Source: Candidatus Staskawiczbacteria bacterium (GTDB taxonomy: Bacteria; Patescibacteriota; Minisyncoccia; Minisyncoccales; Staskawiczbacteraceae). From it: 59,594 nucleotides of DNA. Below the pieces are notes generated by a model. The model was given only the letters and a program-made list of their open reading frames with translations, ran no database searches and was not told the DNA's origin. The stretch spans positions 75,823-135,416 of the forward strand of contig JAHFKW010000001.1 of assembly GCA_023245145.1 (NCBI GenBank), written 5' to 3'. Positions 33,894-44,500 of this stretch are shown here, in pieces (position 1 is the first letter of the stretch; every line of letters starts with the position of its first letter). The position numbers and the translations under genes were made by a program.

Positions 33894-36050
33894 ATGTATT
33901 GGATACATTTTATAAAAAACAATAAGATTAAAATACTTTTAGGATTAATGAAGTATACCGCCTTCGCCTTCGTGGCTGGGTGCGCAATACTGTTACTGCT
34001 ATTTTTTTATTACACTTGGGATTTACCAAGACCCGAAAAATTCACCGAAACACCTTTTATTCAGTCCACTAAAATTTATGACCGAACAGGAAAAGTCCTG
34101 CTTTATGATATTTATGATGAAGAAAAAAGACAAATTATTTCGTTTGATAAGATTTCAGATAATTTAAAACATTCGGTGCTAACTTCTGAAGATGCTCGAT
34201 TTTATCAGCACGGCGGTATAGATTTTGAATCTTTGCTACGATCATTTTTGGTGGCCTTTAAGCTACAACCTATCGGCCACGGAGCCTCAACCATCACTCA
34301 ACAACTCATTAAGTCGGTGTATTTAAATAATCAACAAACCATTGGCCGAAAAATACGCGAAATCGTACTAAGTATTGAATTGGAAAGACGCTATTCTAAA
34401 GACCAAATTCTGGAATGGTATTTAAATGAAATACCTTTTGGACAAAATGCCTACGGAGCCGAAGCCGCCGCTCAAACATACTTTAACAAACCTGCTAGTG
34501 ATTTGTCTTTGGCTCAAGCTGCTACACTTACGGCCTTAATCCCCGCGCCCAGCTATTATTCGCCTTATGGCTCTCATAAAGATCAGCTCCTGCAACGTAA
34601 AGATTATATTTTAGGCAGAATGAAAGATCTTGGCTATATTAATACAGAGCAACTGGCTATCGCCCGCCAAGAACCAATTATTTTCCCCGATAAAATTGGC
34701 AATATTAAGGCACCGCATTTTGTTATGTACATAAAACAATATTTGGAAGAAAAATATGGTACCGAATATTTACAACAAAAAGGTTTAAAAGTATACACTA
34801 CCTTGGATTGGGATTTACAAGAATACGCAGAGAAAGTTATTAAAGACGCTGATACAAAAAATAAAAAACAAAATGCCAACAATTCAGCTGTAGTGGTGAT
34901 TAACCCAAAAACCGGAGAAATCTTAACCCTCATCGGTTCTAAGGATTATTTTGCCAAGTCATATCCGGAAGGCTGTGATACTAAAACCAGTGGTAAATGT
35001 TTATTTGATCCAAAATATGATGTAGCCACCATTGGTCAGCGTCAACCCGGCTCATCTTTTAAGCCTTTTGTGTATGCCACAGCTTTTAAAAAAGGTTATA
35101 CGCCATCTACACAATTATGGGATGTAAAAACAGAATTTAACATCAATTGTGACCCAAGTGGCACCCAAACAGTAAGTACTAGTGACGACTCAAAATGTTA
35201 TAGCCCACAAGACTATGATGGACTCTATCGTGGCCCTACTTCTATTAGAAACGCTCTCACCCAATCGCTCAACATACCCGCTGTCCAGACCCTCTATTTG
35301 GCCGGCCTTAACGATTCACTACAAACTGCGCATAATATGGGTATTAGCACATTAAACGAGCCTGAACGCTATGGTTTGGCTCTGGTGCTAGGTGGAGGAG
35401 AGGTAACACTTTTAGATATGACATCGGCCTATGGTGTATTTGCAACAGAGGGGCAACGCACTCCGCCAGTCAGTATTTTAAAAATAGAAGACAGTGCAGG
35501 AAATATTATTGAAGAAAATAACAAACAAGCTACGCAAGTCTTAGATACACAGGTGGCACGACAAATTAACGATGTATTAAGTGACAATGTTGCCCGCACA
35601 CCAATTTTTGGTCCCAATTCTCCATTATATTTTCCGGGCTACCAAGTCGCGGCTAAAACCGGTACCACGGAAAACTTTAGAGATGGTTGGACGATGGGAT
35701 ACACCACATTTGTAGCAGTGGGAGTTTGGGTGGGAAATAATAACAATACTTCAACCCTGGACTCGGGAGTGGGATTGGCCGCCCCAATGTGGAACAAAAT
35801 CATGGCTAAGTTATTAGCTTCACGCCCCGCAGAATTCTTTACCAAACCAAATCCTATTGAAAATATTAATCCAATATTATTGGGGCAATTTCCAATCAAT
35901 GAGCCTCCTCACAGTATTTTACATTACATAGACAAAAATAACCCCTTAGGACCTCCTCCACAAAATCCATCCACTGACCCCATGTACACCTTTTGGGAAA
36001 GCTCAATACAAAACTGGATAAATATCAAAAACACTCCAACTACGCCCTAG
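33894..36050 (+). CDS. Class A penicillin-binding protein (PBP1A family)
   Basis: EDARFYQHGG, GASTITQQL, RKIREI, YLNEIPFG; transpeptidase motifs QPGSSFKP, SLNIPA, KTGT. Confidence 0.95.
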   Translation: MYWIHFIKNNKIKILLGLMKYTAFAFVAGCAILLLLFFYYTWDLPRPEKFTETPFIQSTKIYDRTGKVLLYDIYDEEKRQIISFDKISDNLKHSVLTSEDARFYQHGGIDFESLLRSFLVAFKLQPIGHGASTITQQLIKSVYLNNQQTIGRKIREIVLSIELERRYSKDQILEWYLNEIPFGQNAYGAEAAAQTYFNKPASDLSLAQAATLTALIPAPSYYSPYGSHKDQLLQRKDYILGRMKDLGYINTEQLAIARQEPIIFPDKIGNIKAPHFVMYIKQYLEEKYGTEYLQQKGLKVYTTLDWDLQEYAEKVIKDADTKNKKQNANNSAVVVINPKTGEILTLIGSKDYFAKSYPEGCDTKTSGKCLFDPKYDVATIGQRQPGSSFKPFVYATAFKKGYTPSTQLWDVKTEFNINCDPSGTQTVSTSDDSKCYSPQDYDGLYRGPTSIRNALTQSLNIPAVQTLYLAGLNDSLQTAHNMGISTLNEPERYGLALVLGGGEVTLLDMTSAYGVFATEGQRTPPVSILKIEDSAGNIIEENNKQATQVLDTQVARQINDVLSDNVARTPIFGPNSPLYFPGYQVAAKTGTTENFRDGWTMGYTTFVAVGVWVGNNNNTSTLDSGVGLAAPMWNKIMAKLLASRPAEFFTKPNPIENINPILLGQFPINEPPHSILHYIDKNNPLGPPPQNPSTDPMYTFWESSIQNWINIKNTPTTP

Positions 36051-37175
36051 TTAAATTGATTTAATGGGCATAACTACATACAAATAACTAGCATCTCCCA
36101 CTGGTCTTAATAAACAGGGTCCCTCCTCCTTACTAATATCAAACATAATTTCAGAGCCTTTGATATTTTGTAAGCCGTCCATTAAATATTTATAGTTAAA
36201 AGAAACCTCAATAACTTCTCCTTGAATATTAGCGGCTACATTTGACTGGTGGTGTCCGACATCTGAACTCTTAGCAGAAATTTGGACCTCTTTTTTCTCT
36301 GGATTAACCAAAACCTTAACTTCATTTACCTTACCGGAAAAAAATGAAGCTGTTTTTATTTGATTTAAAAATTCATCTCGCTTAATCACTACCTGGGTTT
36401 TAAATTTAGTGGGTATAATTTCAGTATAATTAGGATATTCCCCCTCAATTAATCTGGAAGTAATTTGTATTTCCGGGCGATCAACTTCTTTAAAAGTAAG
36501 TTCAAAAAGAGCTTGGTTTTGAGACATACCTATTTTAAGTAAACCCTGCCTACCCTCAAGTATATTCATAATTTCCCGAGCAGGTTTTTGGGGTAAAATA
36601 AAGGAATATTCTTTTTTGATAGTTTTTTCTAATCGGATGTTTTTTTCTGCCAACCGAAAACTATCAGTCGCGGCCATTTTAATATTATTTTTAGAAAAAG
36701 AAAAATAGATACCTGAAATTTCGGGCCTAGATTGTGATGGTGCTGGAACATCTATAACCTGATTTAATCCTTGGCAAAACTTTATTACATCCACCTCTAA
36801 ATATTCTTCACTTTTAATTTCCGGAATAATGGGAAAATCATCAGGATTACAACCCTGAATTTGGGTGGTAATATTTTTACATTCAATACTAAGGTTTTGA
36901 TTTTTCTCTTCAATAGTAATTTTTTCATTGGGAAGTGAAGATGTAAAATTGGAAAGTAATTTTGCCGGCACCGCCACTTTTCCTTTTTTAATAATTTTAG
37001 TTAAAATCCATAATTTTATAGCTGTTTCAAGGTCGGTTGAAATTAATATCAAATAACTATCTTCGGTATTTATATATACATTATTTAAAATAGGTAGTGA
37101 TGTATTTCTTCCTACAATTCTTTCTACTATCGATAATCCGTTTTTTAAATTTTCTTTTATAATTTCAATTTTCAT
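36051..37175 (-). CDS. dnaN: DNA polymerase III beta clamp
   Basis: LPILNNV, STDLE, ATDSFRLA, SRLIEGEYPNY, FNYKYL, YVVMPI. Confidence 0.97.
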   Translation of the reverse strand: MKIEIIKENLKNGLSIVERIVGRNTSLPILNNVYINTEDSYLILISTDLETAIKLWILTKIIKKGKVAVPAKLLSNFTSSLPNEKITIEEKNQNLSIECKNITTQIQGCNPDDFPIIPEIKSEEYLEVDVIKFCQGLNQVIDVPAPSQSRPEISGIYFSFSKNNIKMAATDSFRLAEKNIRLEKTIKKEYSFILPQKPAREIMNILEGRQGLLKIGMSQNQALFELTFKEVDRPEIQITSRLIEGEYPNYTEIIPTKFKTQVVIKRDEFLNQIKTASFFSGKVNEVKVLVNPEKKEVQISAKSSDVGHHQSNVAANIQGEVIEVSFNYKYLMDGLQNIKGSEIMFDISKEEGPCLLRPVGDASYLYVVMPIKSI

Positions 37176-37403
37176 AATACGATCGTTATAATAGTTAGTT
37201 AAAATTTATTATTTAATTTATTATTGTTATTAGTGAGGGGTTTTTAATGATTTTTAAATAATATTATATGGCGAGATAAATACAAATATTAAATTAATAA
37301 ATTGTGGATAAAATGTTTTAAATTATAGGAATTATATATATTTTAAAATGGGGATATTTCTCAATGTTATTTTGCACACTTATTATTAAACCGATTATCC
37401 ACT
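37176..37403. other. Probable oriC (dnaA-dnaN spacer)
   Basis: Very AT-rich; DnaA boxes TGTGGATAA (37303-37311) and TTATCCACT (37395-37403). Confidence 0.7.
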
Positions 37404-38753
37404 ATATATTCTCTGTTTAATAATGTTTAATTCTTCGGTTAGTTTACTATTTTCTTCACTTTCTTGGAGTATTTTTTTATAAGCATAAATAACGGTAGTG
37501 TGGTCCTTACCTCCAAATTTACGAGCAATAGCTGGGAAGGAATATTTTAATTCCTTTCTAAGTAAAAACATGGCTACTTGGCGAGGTTTAACAATTTCTT
37601 TGCGCCTAGTCGTATCAAAAAGGTTTTTTTCTTCTAGGTTATAAAATTTAGACACCATTTCAATGATTTTTTTGTAATTTGCCACGTCAAAAGGCGAGAA
37701 AATAAATCCTTTTAACAATCGCTTGGCGGTTTCCAAATTGGGGATATTATTATTGGTTTTATAATAAATTAATAGACTATTGAGAGCACCTTCCAATTCT
37801 CGAACATTCTTTTTTACATTTGAGGCGATGTATTCTAAAATATCTTCGGGGAGCTTTAGGTTTTTTTCTTGGAGTTTGGTTTTTAAAATAGCTAAACGAG
37901 TTTCATAATCAGGTAAACTAACATCAATAGTCATACCTCCTCCAAGGCGAGATCTTAGCCTCTCTTCTAATTCAGGGATGGCATTGGGCGGTCTGTCGGA
38001 AGATAATATGATTTGTTTGTTTTTTTCGTACAGAGAATTAAATACATGGAAAAATTCTTCTTGGCTTTTATTTTTACCGGCGATGAATTGAATATCGTCA
38101 ATAATTAATACATCTATATGGGCTAAACTAGCCTTAAATGCCTCCATAGTATTACTGCGAATAGCGGTAACTATGGCAGAAACTAATTTTTCCGAAGCCA
38201 TGTATTTTACTTTCTTTTTTCTGGAATCATCAGCTATTTTATTACCCACGGCCTGAATTAAATGAGTTTTACCAAGACCCACTCCTCCATAAATAAAAAG
38301 AGGATTATAGGCATGCCCCGGGTTTTCCGAAACTGCCAAGCCCGCCGCATAGGCCAATTCATTAAAAGAACCAACTACAAAATTTTCAAATGTATATTTG
38401 GGATTTAAACTAGTATCCTTATTAATTTTAAATTCATCAAATTTTAACTGTTCTATGTCGTTTTTTTCACTTTCCAGACTGTTTTCCAGTCGACTAACTT
38501 TAAATGATTGAGGACTGATGGTGAACTCAAGATCTTTGATGGTATGGTCCATGTTGTGCATGGTTTTTAGTAATAGTTTGTAGTATTTATTACTTAACCA
38601 TTCTTTAGAAAAAGCATTAGGAACAGAAATAACCACTCTTTCATTGTCTTTAAGGGTAATATCGGTGTTTTGAAACCACGTTGCAAAATTAGCTTTTGAT
38701 ATATGTAGTTGCATTTGAGCTAATACTGCTCGCCAGAGTTCATTGTTCTCCAT
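37395..38753 (-). CDS. dnaA: Chromosomal replication initiator DnaA
   Basis: LNPKYTFENFVVG, YNPLFIYGGVGLGKTHL, IDDIQF, SDRPP, NVRELEGAL, GGKDHTTV. Confidence 0.98.
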   Translation of the reverse strand: MENNELWRAVLAQMQLHISKANFATWFQNTDITLKDNERVVISVPNAFSKEWLSNKYYKLLLKTMHNMDHTIKDLEFTISPQSFKVSRLENSLESEKNDIEQLKFDEFKINKDTSLNPKYTFENFVVGSFNELAYAAGLAVSENPGHAYNPLFIYGGVGLGKTHLIQAVGNKIADDSRKKKVKYMASEKLVSAIVTAIRSNTMEAFKASLAHIDVLIIDDIQFIAGKNKSQEEFFHVFNSLYEKNKQIILSSDRPPNAIPELEERLRSRLGGGMTIDVSLPDYETRLAILKTKLQEKNLKLPEDILEYIASNVKKNVRELEGALNSLLIYYKTNNNIPNLETAKRLLKGFIFSPFDVANYKKIIEMVSKFYNLEEKNLFDTTRRKEIVKPRQVAMFLLRKELKYSFPAIARKFGGKDHTTVIYAYKKILQESEENSKLTEELNIIKQRIYSG

Positions 38754-38830
38754 GAAAATAGTTTAAATTAATTATAGTGTATCTTTTCTTTTTATATAAA
38801 ACTTGTCAAATGAGAACAAAACTAAGCAAA

Positions 38831-38900
38831 ATGTGTATAAACTGTGTATAAGTTGTGTTATCTGTTTATAGCTAGGTGCACAATGACTTGTAATCCACAG
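38831..38900. promoter_or_regulatory. DnaA-box cluster upstream of dnaA
   Basis: TGTGTATAA twice (38832, 38843) and TAATCCACA (38891). Confidence 0.7.
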
Positions 38901-38960
38901 TTTTTTAGATTATAATAATCATATCTATTTATATAATAAATTAAATAACAATACAAACAC

Positions 38961-39095
38961 ATGAGTTTTACTTATAATCCAAAAAAGAAAAAAAGAGCCA
39001 GGACCCATGGTTTTTTAAAACGTGCCCAAACTAAAAAGGGCAGGCAGGTTATTGCCAGGCGTCGAGCCAAGGGTAGAAAAAAGCTAAGCGTGTAA
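38961..39095 (+). CDS. rpmH: 50S ribosomal protein L34
   Basis: Manual translation [44 protein letters not shown]. Confidence 0.96.
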   Translation: MSFTYNPKKKKRARTHGFLKRAQTKKGRQVIARRRAKGRKKLSV

Positions 39096-39097
39096 TT

Positions 39098-39430
39098 ATG
39101 TTGCCACGAATAAACCGCATAACTAAAAAAAACGATTTTGATGCGGTATTTAAGGGTGGCAGAACTATTCGGGCTGATTTTTTGATAGTGAAATTATTAA
39201 AGAATGATTTATCGGTCAGTCGCCTTGGATTTGTGATTAGTAAAAAGATTTCAACTAAAGCGGTGGTGCGCAATAAGATAAAAAGACGTTTGCGGTCCTT
39301 GTTTAACAAAGAGTTGTATCGTATTACCTTGCCACAAGATATAATAGTGGTAACATTACCCGGTATTGAGAAGTTGGATTTTGCCAGAACCGAAGTCGCC
39401 GTTAAAAAAATATTTAAGAATAATCCATAA
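39098..39430 (+). CDS. rnpA: Ribonuclease P protein component
   Basis: RLGFVISKKISTKAVVRNKIKRRLR; rpmH-rnpA-yidC synteny. Confidence 0.95.
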   Translation: MLPRINRITKKNDFDAVFKGGRTIRADFLIVKLLKNDLSVSRLGFVISKKISTKAVVRNKIKRRLRSLFNKELYRITLPQDIIVVTLPGIEKLDFARTEVAVKKIFKNNP

Positions 39431-39433
39431 AAA

Positions 39434-40156
39434 ATGTTTGCATTTATTGTTCATTTTTTTAATTCTTTTTTATACTACCCTCTCTTTAACTTTTTAATTG
39501 TTATTTATAATTACCTGCCGGGCCATGATTTTGGACTGGCGATTATTGTTTTAACGGTTATTATTAGGCTTGTTTTGTATCCACTTTCTTTAAAAGCCTT
39601 TCAGTCGCAAAGAGCCATTCAAAAGTTACAGCCCCTCATATCAGAACTGCAAACAAAATACAAAAATGACAAAGAAAAGCAGGCCAAAGAAACTCTTGAG
39701 CTTTATCGCAAAGAAAATATCAACCCATTTAGCGGTTTGGCATTGGCGCTGGTACAGTTGCCTATCTTAATAGCTCTTTATCAGGTATTTTGGCATGGCT
39801 TACAATCAGACGCATTGAATGGTTTGTACACTTTTATTAAAAACCCCGGAGCCATTAATCCGTTTTTTTTGCATTTATTAGACCTATCTAAGCCCAATAT
39901 CCTATTTGCAGTACTGGCCGGTATTCTGCAATTTTTCCAAACTAAAATGTTAATGCCTGCTCCAATACAAGGTCAGGCCAAAACCAATGACTTGGCTTCT
40001 ATGATGCAAAAACAAATGGTGTACTTGTTCCCCATCTTAACAGTGGTTATTTTATTTAAATTACCATCGGCACTGGGACTGTACTGGATTGCCAGCGGAT
40101 TGTTTTCCATTACTCAACAATACTTTATTTTAAAAAAACATGATGAACCAAAGTGA
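39434..40156 (+). CDS. yidC: Membrane insertase YidC/Oxa1
   Basis: FGLAIIVLTVIIRLVLYPL, KLQP, QLPILIALY, LYWIAS. Confidence 0.93.
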   Translation: MFAFIVHFFNSFLYYPLFNFLIVIYNYLPGHDFGLAIIVLTVIIRLVLYPLSLKAFQSQRAIQKLQPLISELQTKYKNDKEKQAKETLELYRKENINPFSGLALALVQLPILIALYQVFWHGLQSDALNGLYTFIKNPGAINPFFLHLLDLSKPNILFAVLAGILQFFQTKMLMPAPIQGQAKTNDLASMMQKQMVYLFPILTVVILFKLPSALGLYWIASGLFSITQQYFILKKHDEPK

Positions 40157-40616
40157 GCTGGATAGGATTAAAATATTGGTTGAAGAATTTTTAAAAAAAA
40201 TAACAATCACTGGCGATGTTCGAGTGTCACAGTTTTTAGGTGAGGGTAGTAGAGTTGCCGAAAACGTAGAGGTGGATATTACTTTAGAAGAACCCCAATT
40301 TTTAATTGGCCAAAACGGAGAGACGCTTTCTGATATGGGGCGTCTTTTGAGTATTATGTTAAGCCGAGCACTAGCTAAGAGTATTTATTTAAAATTAGAT
40401 ATTAACGATTACAAAAAGAAAAAAACAGATTACATAAAAAATCTGGCTCAAAGCCTGGCCGACGAAGTGGCGTTCACTAAAGAAAAAAAGGCTTTGCCAC
40501 CCATGTCTTCCTACGAAAGAATGGTTGTCCATTCAGAATTATCTCAAAGACAGGATGTTAAAACCGAGAGCCAGGGAGAAGCACAAGCAAGACACGTAGT
40601 GATTCTTCCTCAATAA
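40140..40616 (+). CDS. jag: Jag/KhpB-like KH-R3H RNA-binding protein
   Basis: LIGQNGETL, LDINDYK, PMSSYERMVVH, TESQGE..RHVVI. Confidence 0.88.
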   Translation: MMNQSELDRIKILVEEFLKKITITGDVRVSQFLGEGSRVAENVEVDITLEEPQFLIGQNGETLSDMGRLLSIMLSRALAKSIYLKLDINDYKKKKTDYIKNLAQSLADEVAFTKEKKALPPMSSYERMVVHSELSQRQDVKTESQGEAQARHVVILPQ

Positions 40617-42224
40617 TTAGGGGCAAATTTCATCAGCCTTACCGGGCATGGGGATGATATACATATCATAAACCTTTCTACTATTATTAAAAATCCATCT
40701 ATTGGCAGTGTTTGCCTGTCCAAAGTTATTTTGTTGGCAAGTGTATTGTTGACAGACCTCTTTTTCCCAATTAGTTTCATTGCCTCCGTACAAAATAACG
40801 CGATAAGAGCCAGCTTCTCTTTCAATTGATTTTAAACAGGTGTCACTATCAGAGCACTCATCTTCTCCAGGAATTGCATTTTGGGGGTTTGGGTTGCCCT
40901 GTTCTTTTATCCATTTATTAACGTTTCCATAATAATTTGCGGGTAAATGATAAGCGCGACCACCTGGTTCAAAATCTCCAGCATCTATTTTTGTAAAGAG
41001 ATTTTCACTATAAAAACTTATTGATCCCTTAATAGGGGTTGGTGTATGTTTAAATACGTCTGCATAGCGCGTATTAAATGGTTCGCCACTTCCAGCAACA
41101 TCAATATTGTGTTTGGTTTCACTAATAATATTATTTCCCGTCGGTAAGTCTTTATTAAAATAGGGGTAACTACATTCTTGTATTGGCAGGTCGCTGACGG
41201 ATTCATTTAAAACAACCCCATACTGTTTTTCTTGGCTATTTACAATACGCATAGAAACTGGATATTCATCATCACTACCCATTTGAGATGATACTTGAAA
41301 AGGTTCTATGCTCCCCGGATCAGTATAAACATCAGAGCTAATGCCCATGGGGTTGATCCCTAATTGAGTTTGAGCCACTGGTTTTAAATAAAAGTATACT
41401 CCCGGCTCTTCGTAGGCCCATTTGTAAGATTTTGCACCTTGTAGTGACAGAACATTTGTGGGGCTCTCGTTGCATGGCAGAGAGAAAGTATTAACATAGG
41501 GTCCGCCATTTAGATCTGCATCTATTGTAAAACCGGTTGATCTATATACCCAAACTAAAAGATTGGCGCCCTTATTGCCATTAGCGGGTGGCGTACATTT
41601 ATATCTGATTTGGTAGTAGGCTCCATCGCTAATAAATATTCTTTCTAATTGATTGTAGGTACGACGGCCAGGTAGCGGAGCTTCCATATTTGAAACACTT
41701 TTAGGGGCCTCATAGTCACTCTTAAAAAAAGTGTTGTAGTTTAATATTGGTCCAAGTGGGGGGGGTATATTAAATATTTCACTACTATTATCCCACTTAA
41801 ATTTAGTATATATAGTGTCAAGAAAAACCTTACCTCCTCCTTGTTGCGGTAGAGCCGTAAGATTTAAACTAGTTAGTTGGGGGTTGATGTTTTGCAGAAT
41901 AATAAAAGAAGCAAAAAGGAGTGCAATGCCAAGTACCGACCCGGTAAATCGCTCTTTGGCTTCTCCCAAAGCCTGGGGACTGCCTCCGTAGGCCAATATT
42001 TGTACGCCAGAAATAACCAAAGATATAATTGCCACAATGCCCGAAAGCGCCACTGCCAGAGCAAAAAAATATTCTATATATTGAATAAAGGTTGAACTTG
42101 AAGTAATGGAGTATCCGCCAATGTTTGGGTATGTCACCTCAAGCGCTAGTACAGGTGCAGTGGCAGGCAAAAGAACGGCTAGGCCGATAAAAAATAATGC
42201 TAAATAAATATATCGTTTGCGCAT
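40617..42224 (-). CDS. Pilin-like (TrbC/VirB2-type N-terminus) protein with large C-terminal domain
   Basis: Signal peptide, two TM helices with G..AKERF..GIALLFASFIILQNINPQL, then a Cys-containing soluble domain. Confidence 0.7.
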   Translation of the reverse strand: MRKRYIYLALFFIGLAVLLPATAPVLALEVTYPNIGGYSITSSSTFIQYIEYFFALAVALSGIVAIISLVISGVQILAYGGSPQALGEAKERFTGSVLGIALLFASFIILQNINPQLTSLNLTALPQQGGGKVFLDTIYTKFKWDNSSEIFNIPPPLGPILNYNTFFKSDYEAPKSVSNMEAPLPGRRTYNQLERIFISDGAYYQIRYKCTPPANGNKGANLLVWVYRSTGFTIDADLNGGPYVNTFSLPCNESPTNVLSLQGAKSYKWAYEEPGVYFYLKPVAQTQLGINPMGISSDVYTDPGSIEPFQVSSQMGSDDEYPVSMRIVNSQEKQYGVVLNESVSDLPIQECSYPYFNKDLPTGNNIISETKHNIDVAGSGEPFNTRYADVFKHTPTPIKGSISFYSENLFTKIDAGDFEPGGRAYHLPANYYGNVNKWIKEQGNPNPQNAIPGEDECSDSDTCLKSIEREAGSYRVILYGGNETNWEKEVCQQYTCQQNNFGQANTANRWIFNNSRKVYDMYIIPMPGKADEICP

Positions 42225-42236
42225 GGGTTTATTATA

Positions 42237-42743
42237 CTATTTTTTTAGCTCGCGTAAAACAAACCGCACATTAGGAAAAGTGAATAACACCACATAGTCT
42301 CCAATCCACGGGATGCCCTGCAAAATATAGCTATATGGTAGTTTCTTGATGATTTTTTTTAATGCATCCTCTTTTGATGTTCCCAGTGCTTTTAAGCTTT
42401 TCTTTGGGTCTCGTATTTTGGAATTTTTGCTAGTTGGTCTTTCTGTCCAATGGTCCGGGGCGGTGCTTTTTGTATCTCCAACTCCTTCCTCCTCTCTTTT
42501 TATTTGTTCGCGTATGCCTCTTTTTCTAAAGTATGCCCAACCGCCAATAATCAGCCAAGAAGCCCAGGCGGCAGTTCCGTAATCGCTAAACCCCCACCAA
42601 GCCCCTAGCAGTGCAATAATAGCCATAAGAATATCAAACATAAATCCAATGGGTAGCATTAAAACTGCTTCCACGCCCATAAAATTAACATCTTTAAACA
42701 TTGGCCATTCGCCTTCTGGCTTCTTTAATTTTTTCCACTTCAC
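42237..42743 (-). CDS. Hypothetical membrane protein of the secretion cluster
   Basis: Hydrophobic segments and an IPWIG motif; true start may be downstream (MFKDV). Confidence 0.65.
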   Translation of the reverse strand: MKWKKLKKPEGEWPMFKDVNFMGVEAVLMLPIGFMFDILMAIIALLGAWWGFSDYGTAAWASWLIIGGWAYFRKRGIREQIKREEEGVGDTKSTAPDHWTERPTSKNSKIRDPKKSLKALGTSKEDALKKIIKKLPYSYILQGIPWIGDYVVLFTFPNVRFVLRELKK

Positions 42744-44487
42744 CCGGGGCGGTGGTAATAATTTGATCTTCGGTGTAGCTGGCTTTTACACTCATAAACA
42801 CATGCTTTTTACCCGCAAAAAATAATCCTTCTCCCACCGATGCCTCCAAGAGCAAACCTTTTTCTTGTTCGGTTAAGTCAAATGTTTTTTGTAGCACCTC
42901 CATGGCCGCCGGAGATTGTTTAAGTAATAGTTGCAGTGAAGAGTTGGTGATGATGGCCTTGCCATAAGAGGATCTCATAAAATCTTCCACATCTTGAGTA
43001 ATAGTGGTTACGCCCAGCCAATATTTTCGGCCTCGCTTTATCAAGCCAAACAAAAACGAAGCCCCATCTTCCGATTGCATCAGCCACCAAGCTTCGTCCA
43101 CCACTAAAATTCTCTTTTTGACCTTTGTCCTGACAATATTCCAGACATATCGCATTACAATAAACAAAGCAATGGGCTTGAGTGACTCTTCCATGTCGCG
43201 AATACCAAAAACAATAAAACTTTTATTGACAGTAATATTGGATTTCTGGTTGAAAAATCCGGCAAAGGTGCCTTGGGTGAATTTTTTTAAACGACGAGCC
43301 AGCGATTCGGCTCCAGTCATGTTTTCTAAGATTTGGGCAAAGTCCGACATAATCGGTATATTTTCTTGCCAGTTAGCAGGATCGGAAGTTGGCGTAATAT
43401 CACGGATAGCATAGGTTTCTGTTAGGGCTTGGTCTAAAATACTATCTTCTTCCGGGCTGACTCCGCCCAACATAATTCTTAATAAACCCACCAAGTTAAT
43501 GATGTTTGACCGCAGAACATCTTCGGGGTTTTCGTCGGGTCCGGGAACGGGTAGGTCAAAGGGGTTAACGTGATTATCAGAAGAAAGTGATATGTTGAAA
43601 AAATCCCCTCCCACGCTGTTGGCTAAAAATTCATATTCATTTTCAGGGTCAATCACAATCACTTCAACTCCCCACATTAAGTAGCGTAAAATTTCCAGTT
43701 TAATGGCGTAACTTTTTCCCGAACCCGATTTGGCAAACACCACCATGTTGGAATTTTCTAAGGTAAATCGGTCAAACAACACCAATGAATTATTATGGCC
43801 ATTGATGCCGTATAAAATACCCTCGTTACTGCTTAAATCAAATGAGATAAATGGAAAAGTGGTGCTTAGTGGTTCAGTGTCCATGGGTACGTGAACATTC
43901 AGTAAATCCAGACCGTAGGGGCTGGTGGAAATAAAGCCCTCTCGCTGTTTAAATAGCGATGGTTTTATGTAAATTAATCTGGATTCAAAAATGGAACGCA
44001 GAGTGGTTTCGGTTTCTTTCATGGCTTCGGCGGTTTTTTGGTAAACGGTGATGTATAAGCCAAACCGGAACATTTTCTCTTGCGCCGTGATAATTTTGTC
44101 TCGCAGGTTCTCAATATCTTGGTAACCGGTTTCCAATGCCGGGTCGCGAATAAGCCCTTTTTCTTGGCGTTCTATTAATTCAGAAGAAACTTGGGTAATT
44201 TTTGAGCGTAATTTTTTTAAAATCAGGGCGTTGTCAACCGGGTGCACAAAAAATGAAATATCCATAGGGACATTCAAATTGATAGCCGGAGAAAGCCAGC
44301 CGGTGTTTAAATATCTTGGGTAAGAAAATATGAAAAAAGATTTGGCAATTTTGTCTCCCAATTTAATGTTGTCTTGAGTAATGCCAATATAGGGCGGGGC
44401 AATAATATCTTTAATGTCCAGCGTTTCTTCTTGGAAAGTATTGCCTTCTTGCAATAATGGATCTTTCTTTTTAAAAAAATTAAACAT
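42694..44487 (-). CDS. VirB4-like ATPase
   Basis: Walker A AKSGSGKS, IDPENEY, VNPFDL, Walker B VVDEAW, KRGRKY, ITQD. Confidence 0.92.
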   Translation of the reverse strand: MFNFFKKKDPLLQEGNTFQEETLDIKDIIAPPYIGITQDNIKLGDKIAKSFFIFSYPRYLNTGWLSPAINLNVPMDISFFVHPVDNALILKKLRSKITQVSSELIERQEKGLIRDPALETGYQDIENLRDKIITAQEKMFRFGLYITVYQKTAEAMKETETTLRSIFESRLIYIKPSLFKQREGFISTSPYGLDLLNVHVPMDTEPLSTTFPFISFDLSSNEGILYGINGHNNSLVLFDRFTLENSNMVVFAKSGSGKSYAIKLEILRYLMWGVEVIVIDPENEYEFLANSVGGDFFNISLSSDNHVNPFDLPVPGPDENPEDVLRSNIINLVGLLRIMLGGVSPEEDSILDQALTETYAIRDITPTSDPANWQENIPIMSDFAQILENMTGAESLARRLKKFTQGTFAGFFNQKSNITVNKSFIVFGIRDMEESLKPIALFIVMRYVWNIVRTKVKKRILVVDEAWWLMQSEDGASFLFGLIKRGRKYWLGVTTITQDVEDFMRSSYGKAIITNSSLQLLLKQSPAAMEVLQKTFDLTEQEKGLLLEASVGEGLFFAGKKHVFMSVKASYTEDQIITTAPGEVEKIKEARRRMANV

Positions 44488-44500
44488 ACCGTTACATTTA